A stretch of DNA of 58,643 bases, filler included, from Sphacelaria rigidula (taxonomy: Eukaryota), in the NCBI GenBank assembly GCA_964200075.2. It is 8 parts of 8 records of this genome, joined end to end, with 100 filler letters (N's around TTAATTAATTAA, not from the genome) between each part and the next. Parts side by side here need not be neighbours in the genome. Positions count along the whole stretch, not along the records: positions 1 to 7,243 come from CAXNAA020015791.1; positions 7,344 to 14,586 come from CAXNAA020015792.1; 6 more parts are not named here. One strand, given 5' to 3'. Below, piece after piece: positions 1-10,400 of the stretch (positions are counted from its first letter, which is position 1; each line of letters begins with the position of its first letter). The position numbers and the translations under genes were made by a program. A model generated the notes under the pieces. That model had not been told where the DNA came from. It ran no database searches and worked only from the letters and a program-made list of their open reading frames with translations.

Positions 1-46
1 CTTGAGCCTCATCTCGAAGTTAAACCTCAATTCTCACAATTTGTTG
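1..46. mobile_element. Terminal inverted repeat end of an unidentified TIR element (copy 1, truncated by contig start)
   Basis: 1-43 is the exact reverse complement of 7184-7226 and is followed by TTATGT at 47-52. Confidence 0.75.
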
Positions 47-1923
47 TTATGTGTCGTTTTGCACTATGTCAATCTCGTTTAACGAGTCGGCGGAAATTTC
101 GTAGTCACGTGGCCCAGGTGAAAAGTACGGACGATCACTCGGCACATTACGGCAGATAGACGCTAATGCCGGTTGGTGTGCCACTGGTTCAGTTCCAATT
201 TCGTCGAACAAACGAAAAAGTGCGTCGGGGACTACGCTCAGTTTCCCGGGTACATGCTTTACAGTACAGTCGTAATTTTGGAGAGCAATAGCCCAACGAG
301 TGAGCATGTTGCTAGTATCTTGCATGTAGTACAAATGCGTGAGTGCGAAGTGGTCAGTCATCACGGTGAACTGCCGTCCAAAAAGATAAGGTCTCCTGTG
401 CGCTAAGGCATGCACTACTCCACAACACTCCTTCATCGACGCTGAATAGTGTCGTTGCCCATGTTTAAAACGGTGTCTATAGTAAGCAATGATGTCCAGG
501 GACTTGTCATCATCCTTAGACGGTTGGGCAAGGAAAGCACCACATCCGACTTCCGACGAATCAACGTGGACAACAAACTCTCTGGAAAAATCCGGGAAAT
601 GTAAAACGGGGGCTGAGATCAACAGTCGCTTGATGTGTGCAAATGCCACATCGTGGTTGACATTCCTAGCCTTTTTGAAACGAGATTTTGTGGCATGCTC
701 TTTTTTCGTGAGTTCCACCAAGGATGCAGTAACTTCGGCGCAATCAGGAATAAAACGGCGCACAAAATTAACTACCCCAAGCACTGAGTGAAGTTCTTTG
801 ATGCAGGTGGGTGTTGGCAGTGCGTTGATAGCTTTGATCCGATCCTCCCCAACAGACACGCCGTCTTTGGAAATTACGTGCCCAAGATATTCAATCGATT
901 TAGGACCAAACGCGACCTTCGACGGTTTCAATGTCAGTCCGGCTGCCTGCAGAGCTACGAGCATGCTCTCCAAAGACTTCAAATGATTCTCGAAATTCGC
1001 CGACAAGACACAGAGATCATGCATGTAAATCAACAATTCGGGAATGTGGCCTGACGTTTTATGGGCCATCTCAGTGAAAATCCATGGCGTATTACACACC
1101 CCAAACGGCATTCTATTGTAACAGTATTTGCCCTGGTTGGTAACAAACGCCGTACGCTCCACGTGGTCTGACCTTACTGGAAGCTGCCAGTACGCGCTCT
1201 GTATGTCGGCAACGGAGATGAATTGTGCGCTGCCGACGGTGTCGAGGTTGGACTCCATGTTCGCCATCGGCTACGCCTTGCGAATCAGCAGCTTGTTTAA
1301 CGTAGTACGGTAGTCGACGCAGAAACGAGGTTGACCATCTTTACGAGCGACAATCGTGACGGGGAACCCCACGGGCTAGGTAGTTCTTCGATGATCCCGT
1401 CAGTGAGCATAACATCCTTCACGCACTTATTAATAACGGCTTCGGCGCGAGGGTTGGCACGATACGGTCGGCGGCTCACAGGTTTAGTGCTGAGCGGCAA
1501 GGGAAACGTTGCGTCATGGGTGGTGCATTTTCCGAGTTCACCTCGGTTCAACGAAAACACGGGACGGTATTTTGCACACAAATCTAACACTCGAGCTTGT
1601 TGCTCAGAGGAAAACGTGGAGTCAGCGAAAGCTTTCTCTAACGGTTCTGTGAGTTCTTGGCGTGCATGAGCGATTTCACCTACGGTTTTGGGAGTCGCTG
1701 CAACGGCATGCACGCGAAGTTTGTCAGGTTGTACGATCTCAACTAAAGACAGTTTCCCTAGGACTAGGTTGTGATGCAATGCGAGAGACTCCGACGACGG
1801 TTTTGCAACTCGTAAGTATACTGCGCCATCCCGAGCATGCCAAGTAGTCAGAGTACGCGCGACGAGTACACGATCAAATTCGATATGAAAGTCGCCGGAT
1901 TCGATTTCTTCAGTTGTCAACAA
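47..1923 (-). pseudogene. pol: Gypsy pol: reverse transcriptase + RNase H, disrupted
   Basis: Motifs RRPYR, SPWGSP, RFCVDYR, DIQSAYWQ, RMPFG, YMHD (YxDD catalytic Asp lost), YLGHVIS; RNaseH HVDSSEVGCGAFL, FTVMTDH, RWAIALQNYD. Frameshift near 1360 and an in-frame TAG near 1270. Confidence 0.95.
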
Positions 1924-1979
1924 ACGAGGTCCAACTACAACGGTAGTATCATGTAACGGTATGGCCTCCGAGTACGCTT

Positions 1980-2519
1980 TTACGATTGCGTTATGCCCGG
2001 GGGGAATGTTATAACGTCGATACAGGGTGATCGAATGCTCCCGTGCTTTTTTTTGTGTACAGCATCAACGGTAAACGTGGATGGAGGCGTGCTGCTGGCG
2101 CGTGATACCTTACGATGTAACGCCGGGAGAACGGTGTCATTCGATGCAAAAGTCAGTTGTTGGTTCTTCCGATTAGGTACTGCACCGAAACGAGACATTG
2201 CGTCATTGTCAAGCAAGATTTGATGAGAGCCGAGGGAAGGGATCACCAAGGCATCAATACGGCGGGATACATCTCCCAAACGAACGTTTAATGAAAGATA
2301 ACCCAACACTTGAAGTGGCGCTCCATTTGTGGCATTTAGCTTCACGTGAGAGGGTGGTACGGGCTCGAGTTGAGCAAACGATAACGTGGGATGTCGTTTC
2401 AAGTACGAAAGTGAAACGCACGTGACATCGCTTGCAGTATCAATGGTCAACTCCGGAACGAAGTGATCATTCATATATCCAGGCGTACGAACACGCTTGG
2501 ACGGAAAAGAAAAAAACAA
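1980..2519 (-). pseudogene. Gypsy aspartic protease (retropepsin), disrupted
   Basis: LTIDTASDVTCVS (D-T-G/A active-site motif), NGAPLQVLG flap, ILLDND (ILGxD-like); lies immediately upstream of RT. Confidence 0.85.
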
Positions 2520-2949
2520 CGAGGACTTCTTCCGCGACAGCGAAAAAAGATAACGGTTTCACGTGTATTCTCATTAATTCCGCCATGATGTTCAATTATT
2601 TTCCTCTTCTTACGGCCGCTCGAACTACGATTCGATGCCGGTTCTACCTGAACCTCTCTGTTGGCTTTTGGTTTGCGGGCACTTCGAACACCAATAGACT
2701 CGCTACTGTCCAGGGGGAAAATGGCTGCGCCAACGGGGCACTCTAATATTTTAGCGGGGAAGCTCACGGGAGAATCTACCCCGACACCAAGACGTATGAC
2801 AGCAGGCAATGACTGACTCTTATCTACCGAATCTCTACAGTCATGCTGGCTACGCGGAATGCTATGCGACTCACGACTCGCAGGCAACGAATTTACAAGT
2901 GACACCAAACGGCTACGGGGTCGTTTAACGCCCTTCCTACCAAGCGATA

Positions 2950-4150
2950 CGGTACTGGTAGGTTTTATCCCAAGTGCTACGAACACAATACCTGGGCACC
3001 CCTACTCGGAGCCGGAATCCTCTCACCGGGTGCGCCGACGGCGGCCCTTGGACAGTGCAGTCCCGGCGGCGATTTCTGCAGCCTCAATTTCGCCATCCTC
3101 CCTGCGCCAGCAGTGGTCGAGGTCGTGTGAATTCCGCGATTCGCACTTTTCATAAGTGCAATCCGCGCGGTCGGGATCGACGCGGTGACTGTATCGAGCG
3201 CACGACAAACGAGCGCCGTTGCGGTTGCGGTTGCTACCTCCCAACGAGCGACCAGGGGAGTTGTTTCTGTTTTTCCCGCCACGGGCGTTGGTGTTGCTGT
3301 TGTGGCTGCCCCCAGCAGCGCGCGTGTTGGGGTTGCTGTTGCCCCTGGTTGGTGTTGGAACGCTTGCGCAGTTGTGGTGCCGGCTACAGCGCCATATGCT
3401 GCAGAACTGGCACTGAAGGGCTCGTGTTGACGATCCTCCCGAAGGGCCAGGATTCGCGCCTGAGTCTCCTCTTCCTACAGGATCCGCACGAGTTCTCCGG
3501 GTTCGAGGGGAGTAAGAGCATCCTCGTGCCGTGCTACGGGCACACTGGCTCTACCACCAGTGCTCGCTCTACCAGCAGCGGCTCCATCAGAGGCGGCTCC
3601 ATCAGCCGCAGCTTCGGTTGCGAAGTTGACGACACGGTCGTCATCGCTGGCGTCATGGTCGCCATCATCGTTGTCGTTGTTGTTAGCGGCACGGCCGCTA
3701 ACGTCTGCCTCAGAAGCAGAGTCGGACTCCGGTTCGAAGTCTACTTGATCGTCGTTGTCGGCGATTGCTGCAACAGTCGCCGCCTCGGCCTCCGGGGATG
3801 GCTTACGGTTTTTCTTTCTTTTCATGAGGCGGCCAAGCAATTGCAGGCCGCACTCCACGATCACCAACGCTTGCGTGTTGATCAGTCGACGCCACTATGG
3901 AAGGGAGCCCCTTGATAGGTTCTACAAGACGTTGGTATTTTCTTCGGCAGTTTGGTGCGGAGTACGCACCGGGTTGTGTCGTGTGTGGGCGAGCCAGCTG
4001 GGCTGAATTTGCATCGCAAAGATGCCCCGCGTTCATCCGAGGAATGTTGCTTCCGGGGTATTCCTCCGAGGTATTCCTCCGAGGAATTCCAGGAATGGTT
4101 CCGACTCTATCTGTGTAACCCCGGCCAGAACAACGGTTCTGGACGGCCAT
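2950..4150 (-). pseudogene. Gag-position ORF remnants (acidic/Ala-rich, with a CCHC-like knuckle)
   Basis: Broken minus-strand ORFs between the LTR-like region and protease; CTYEKCESRNSHDLDHCW (C-x4-C-x5-H-x4-C) near 3110-3165. No capsid motif recognised. Confidence 0.55.
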
Positions 4151-4227
4151 CTGACGTCACTCTACCTGTCAATCTATGGTGGCATTTACATCACCTCCCT
4201 ATCTTCAGCGCGGGTGCCTGACGTCCG

Positions 4228-5282
4228 TGTTAGAGATACAAGAAATGAGAAATGTCTTATAGATTGAACAAGTGGGACTTATCATAATGAAGTACATTAA
4301 TGGACGACTTAATGACAGCTCGTAGTTGTTGGTACGTCGTTGAGTAACAGATGTCCTCTCTTCTACCGCACTTCGTGTAGTAAAGACCACGAGCTTGTGT
4401 GGGAGCGACTTGTCTGCGACCACAAGTCAATACCTCATGCGATGGACCAACTACACAGATGACGATGGTATGACGGTATACGACAAGTTCAGCCACACAA
4501 CGATATGTGGTACGTGAACCTGAAAACGGTTGGACACAAAAAAACAAATTATCTCTGGAGCGAGATGCCAAAAACAAATATGTCCTCCCGAAACGGGAAA
4601 ATACGAAACGTGTGCACGATAGACGAACTTCCAGCATATATATCATGATATTGCCCGTGTGTGGAACGGTGGTGCTTGCAAGGCTTCAAATCAACGCACA
4701 CGTGCGGGTGCCAAACGGAAAAGGCTGCTGTGAAATGCACAAACGAAGCATGCAACTGCCCCAAAGGTACCCCATGATGGTGGGACTCAGCCCTCACAAC
4801 TCGTAGTCAGAACAGACTGGTGTGCTTGTATAAAATGATGTGGTTACAGCAGTGTGGAACAGTAGTAAAGTACGTACTGTTGAGGCAATTCAGCCTCGAG
4901 CAGCGGCCATGATACGAGCAACTGTTGTTGTGCTTCTCTCTCACACTAATAGACTGCTAACCACTGCAACGGCATCAATGGGTGGTACGGCACCACGGGT
5001 GCTGGCGGAGAGACTACGGAGTCTCCGGCTAAAACGAGCGGATATGCTCAACAAATTCAGAAGTGCATGCCAGCCACAACAAGACTATATCCACTAGTAT
5101 TGTTTTGGTGGTTTTGTAGTTCACGCGAAGACCACAACCCCCCACCGATCACTCTCATTAGCCAGAGCGTGAAAAACAACACCTTCATCATACATGCCGC
5201 GAATTCTGAGGACCCTATACGACGCGCTCGTATCTCAAGGACCACAGAAGGCTGACTAAGCGGATCACTCGGTTTGCTCACA
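4228..5282 (-). repeat. Candidate single LTR (~1.05 kb)
   Basis: Noncoding block between the integrase 3' region and gag; minus strand begins TGTGAG and ends CTAACA (TG..CA, 5/6 inverted match). Only one copy, so boundaries are inferred. Confidence 0.45.
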
Positions 5283-5743
5283 TATAGTAGATCGCGTACT
5301 TGAGTAACTCGCCAATTTTATACCTCTACCCCGCAGCATTTGCGACCAAACGGGTACGGTCCTGCTGGCGGTACTTGTCAAGCATAACTCGGCCTTCCCA
5401 AACGAATTCGGTACTAAGAAAATCAATTCATATCATCACGGTTGATGAATGAAGAACAAATCAACGAAATGCGTAACCACACGGGAAATAAGACACTAAA
5501 AACGAAACTGACATCAAAAAAATTCTATCCCCGCCGTGGAATATTACTTCACGTGCAGACAACGATGTCTGCGGCGGTAGCCTTCCGTCTGACGTTTCCC
5601 ACGCTCACGAGCACGGGTAGATCGACCGAATGGAACGATGCCTGACCAGTCTGCAAAACGATTCGGGGAATGACGGGCTACAACGGGGTGTCGCTGGAAA
5701 CAAACACGCGGATTAACAGTAACACAGTGAAGAAAAAACGAAT

Positions 5744-7171
5744 CTAACGGAACATAATCATGAGCGAGACAAATAAGACATAGCAACGTTGCTTCTTGTC
5801 AGAGGAGAGTTCAAAAGCGTGCGGGCTTTCTCGTAGAATTTGCGCACGATACGAATGGATCATCTCGTGGCACTGCGGAACATCTTTGCGGTGCTTCCAT
5901 ATACCGTGACCGCGAGATCGGTCTTTAACGAGGAAGTAGTATTGGAAGTTGTTAGAAGACGATTTTCCCGCTCCACGTTTGAAACTATCGATGCCTTCAA
6001 TGGTATACGGACCAATTTTGACAGCTATCACGGAGCCATCAAGATCTGGGATCGGAAGTTTCGTTCCTAAAAACATCTCATCACGTTCAGTGGAACCAGG
6101 AACATCATTCGGGCGCAACGCAAAATACTTTTTTATACGCGCCAAATGAACGGACGTTTCCGGGAGTTCACCATCTCTGCTCACTCGGTAGATCACGGGC
6201 GAGAGTTGAGAACGAACGGTGAAAGGCCCGTGCCAGGGACTAGTTAGTTTGGGATTGGGGCCATCAGTTACGGTAGCTGATCGGTGCACGAGCACTTGCT
6301 CACCAGGTTTGAACTGCAGGAAAGTTAGTTGCTCATTGAATTCAGCTTGTTTGTCGGTCCTCTCTTTCAGATTACGACGAGCGGTCTCGTACGCTAGCTG
6401 CAAATTATCCACGGTACGACGAGAGTAATCTACCTTCTTAGACGATTCTGTGCCAGATGATGGAAAACCAAGGATAACATCCACGGGAAGCAGTGCTCGG
6501 CGACCAAACATGAGGTAGTGAGGGGTTTCCTCTAGAGTTTGGTTGTACGCGGTATTATGGGCGAGCTGTACAAACGGTAGGAGTTCTGCGCAATTGTCAA
6601 ACTTGACATTCGAGTACATGGCGAGCATGTTATGCATCGTGCTATGCACACGCTCTAAAACGGAATTGCCTTGGGGACGATACCCAGACGTACGAGTCTT
6701 CTTGAATCCAAATACCGATTGCAATTCTTTTACCAACTCGTTTTTTAAACTCGGTACCCTGATCGCTGAGTAAGGTTTCAGGGGGAGAAAACACGGAAAA
6801 AACACGCTCTACGAGAGCTTGGGCAATCGTGGTTGCTTGTTTATTTGACACGGGCAATAATACGAGAAAACGGGTCAGGTGATCGATCACGGACATGACA
6901 TATTTCCACCCTTGCGAAGCAGATTTGTACTCCACTAGATCGATTGCGACACACTGCAACGGACGAGTCACCGGTCCATGTCCCACTGGTAACGGTGGTG
7001 TATGGTGAGAAGTTTTACGGTGTTGGCATGGCAGACAGCATTTGATATGCGTGGCAACATATTTTGACATGGATGGCCACCAGGAACGATCTCTGAGTCT
7101 ATCATACGTTGCTCTTCCTGGTGTCGGGCAGAATCGAGCACAGGTAATAACGAAACGGCACTAGAAAACAA
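5744..7171 (-). pseudogene. Gypsy integrase (Zn-binding remnant, DDE core, GPF, chromodomain-like tail), frameshifted
   Basis: WWPSMSKYVATHIKCCLPCQ; AIDLVEY..IDHLTRF; LLSDQGTEF; TSGYRPQGNSVLERVH; PWHGPFTV; tail YTIEGIDSFKR..YYFLVK..W. Frameshift near 6745; the HH half of the Zn finger appears deleted. Confidence 0.93.
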
Positions 7172-7177
7172 TTATGT

Positions 7178-7243
7178 CAACAGCAAATTGTGAGAATTGA
7201 GGTTTAACTTCGAGATGAGGCTCAAGCCTAAAACAGTGCTTTC
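7178..7243. mobile_element. Terminal inverted repeat end of the same TIR element (copy 2, truncated by contig end)
   Basis: CAACAGCAAATTGTGAGAATTGAGG...CTCAAG is an inverted match to 1-46 and is preceded by TTATGT (7172-7177). Confidence 0.75.
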
Positions 7244-7343
7244 NNNNNNNNNNNNNNNNNNNNNNNNNNNNNNNNNNNNNNNNNNNNTTAATTAATTAAN
7301 NNNNNNNNNNNNNNNNNNNNNNNNNNNNNNNNNNNNNNNNNNN
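7244..7343. other. Artificial contig linker
   Basis: N44-TTAATTAATTAA-N44 (stops in all six frames). Confidence 0.99.
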
Positions 7344-7442
7344 TGGAAGTGCATTTCGGAACTGAAACGATTCATTCACTGATTGACCGCTTTTCATTCT
7401 CAACCGTATCATCTCCTCTCAATCTCACGAAAACACTGTCTA
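7344..7442 (-). mobile_element. Left end of TA-flanked MITE family (same family as 25691-25996)
   Basis: Reverse complement aligns with ~25691-25790 (CATTTCGGAACTGAAACGATTCATT...CTCTCAATCTCACGAAAACA). Confidence 0.8.
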
Positions 7443-10400
7443 CTGCGGAAGGATAATATAGCTCCACACAACCCAAACGCAGAAGTTGTAAGATAGCAAA
7501 ATAGAAGAATAACTTGATGAATAGATCTGGAATAAATTTACATTAAACAAACACATGAGTTGACCGTGATGTAACAAGATATTGTGCCGGCTACCAGTAT
7601 TTCCAGCAGGAGTCGTCAAGATAGAGTCGCGACGCGGTCTTGATAAATCACACAGTTCTAAAAAGGACGATTGTCATTCGTTGAGTGTGAAGGTACAGTG
7701 AAAACAACATGATAAAATAAAGGAAACATAGAAGCATCCATACTCTAGATGAACACTACAACACCAGAGTGAAGCGTGGTACGCACAATGGACTTTTGGC
7801 GGGAGCGACTGTTACGGAAGCAAAGGTTTGCAACAAAGGTAGTGGATACACCGCTAGTCGCAGACAGCGTCTTTGAAAAGCTGATGATGCGGTTGCAAAG
7901 GGTCCAACACATCTTAGCTGCGCAGTAGGTCGCCGTGCTGCGGTGCGGGGTGGGTGGCTTGTGCTACCGACATCTTCCTGCTTTGGCAGGGCGCATATAT
8001 ACATTCTTTTTCACTATCATGCGGGGCAAATCCTAACCGCATATTATATATAAATATATATACTCCGGAGTAAATATTTTCACTGCGATGAGAGGGTGTG
8101 TGAGAACAGGCACGATGTAATAATGTTGTTAAGCATCAGCTTCGTCGATGAAAGACCTTGTAACTGGAGCGGAGTACCACATCGCAGCAGCAGTTGTTTC
8201 TCGCACCAAGAAATAACGGTCACGGGTAGGTAAACACGGTTCCCCACAGGGCGGGGCTGTGAACGTATCAGCGAAATAACTGCCTGAAACATATACGCCC
8301 GGCCCGTAAGAGTACTCTCTAATGCAACATATCATCGGTAACAAAGCAGCAGTATGGTACGGCACGGCAAGGCGAGTGTGTATGAGAGGAGTGTGAATGT
8401 AAAGACCTTACTGGGAAATAGTAAAACATACGATCGACGATCATAGCCCTGGGCGATATGAAATCAGATACACGATGTTCACTCACACCTAACCCTTAGT
8501 CCTGTTATGTGAACAATAGACGTACTGGAATCATCCAACCGAGAAAACCACTATATGGTATTCAACTCGGACACATACCGTCATCGATGTACCGTGCTTC
8601 CGCATCCCGTCATGGCCTGTGTGAGGGATGAACGGTCGCCATCGCGTTTAGCGCCGTTTCTCTCATGATGAAACCCATACCCAGGACAAGAGTGTGGGGT
8701 GAAGATAGTAAAGTGTAAGGTTAGCACAAGCTGGGAGCACTGAGTGCATGATAACAAGAGCATGCCCTGATCTTGTCCCTCCTGTCGCGTATGGACTCGT
8801 TCCGTGTCGAGCACTGAATTCGATAAATCAACGTACCACATAAAAATGGATACGAAAAGGGTTCAACCATACAATGCAATAAGTACATGCGTATAATAAG
8901 TAAGCGAGGAAATGTACGTGCGTAGAATATGCACTGCGAGAACGACCCCAAAAAACGAAATATGAGAAACTTACTAACATCGTTTATTCCCAAGAACAAA
9001 ACGGTCACCGCAAAAATGATATCCGATGATGCAGCACGAGCGGAAACACAAGGGTGTGATACATACAAACACGATCAAATATATAGTTAGCAAGGATGAG
9101 GAGCACTAAATACAACGTTACAGGTCACACAAGCGAACCTGTCACCGCGGAGATGAAACATTGTGGTGCACAGACAGCGACGGCGTCGGTGAGGTGTGAA
9201 GTCGGACGCAAGGGTCACCGCGCGGAAAAGCCCGAGAGCAGAGCGGATGAGTGGCAATTCAGCATATATGTATTGTGGTTGTCACATGTGCTCTTCTCCA
9301 GAGTTTCAGTGCTCGCGATCGTGAAGCTGTTGTGGCATGGGTGCAACAGTGGGAAACTGTTTTTCATCGCCCCCCCCCTTTTTTTAAATGGTTAGACAAT
9401 CTTGGCACTAGGGCTTGAGGGTATAACTGTCAACTCATGTTGCTACCTGACCCTTCCGATTCTGTTTCCAGCCCGGACCCGTACCTGAACTGGATGATAT
9501 TACCTGTGTTGCTGGACGGAGTCCCGGGTGTCTCGCTGCATGTATCGTGTTGTGCTCAAGGTCGCATGTATAATCGTTTTGTGGTGCGGTACTGACAATA
9601 GTATAGTTCGCGATACTCACAGAAGGGCTCTGGGACGTTACTATATAAGGAAAAAGAATGGAGAGAAAAATAAGTTCTTCCGATAGATGGATGGGTGGGA
9701 GCTGATCGAGTCACCCACCATTGTACCCGTCATTTGACGCCCCAACTCGAGCCATGCTTTACCCGGTAGGGAATAGACCTGTGGAGGGTCCGCTTCTGCA
9801 TAGATTTCCTCAACTGCATGATGCAAAATATATATATATATCTCATGTATTTAAGTTACTCGCAGGCGAGCAGACCTGGATATATCAATTTTTTAATGAG
9901 GAAAATGAGCCAACCCTTCTTCTTTTTTTGTTGTTGTTGCGGCGTCGGTGTAGTATATTAATCGCGTTGCTTCCACGGCAAATGTTCACATGTGAGTAAA
10001 CACGGTGTGTTGTTTGACATTGCATGGGTGATGGTGGGATAATTATGCATCATGTAGTATAATATATTGTGAGTAAAGTACATGTCGGTTCTGCATACGA
10101 AAAATGTTTTTTATCGCCGCTTTCTTGACAGAAAAAAAAGAAAATGATGAGCTCTTATCCCGCATTAAACAAGCGTATATTAGTTCTATTCGGCGCTGGT
10201 AAGCAGCCTATTATGATGCCGACGGTTCAGATATTTTACTTGAAAAATAAAACCTGGAATAAAACCAAAACGAGGAACATTTCAACTCACATCGGTGTTT
10301 ACTCAGCCGGTGATGTATACCCTAAGTCTGACTCGGTCGTGTATCGACGTACAACAAAATGAAGGAAGAAATAAATAGTGAGGCTAAAAGTATGCAAAAA

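Larger units (their letters stand above)
47..7177 (-). mobile_element. Degenerate Ty3/gypsy LTR retrotransposon, circularly permuted (INT - LTR - gag - PR - RT - RNaseH on minus strand)
   Basis: Protease, RT, RNaseH and integrase motifs all lie on the minus strand, but integrase is upstream of the noncoding LTR-like region and gag. Several frameshifts and stops are present. Confidence 0.93.

Noticed and set aside
2974-3915. 313-aa Cys/Arg-rich plus-strand ORF as an antisense gene
   Set aside because: It is a shadow of the GC-rich low-complexity gag-position region on the minus strand; no motif.
7288-7299. TTAATTAATTAA recurring at a fixed period as a biological repeat or regulatory site
   Set aside because: It is always centred in N runs; it is a six-frame-stop assembly linker.
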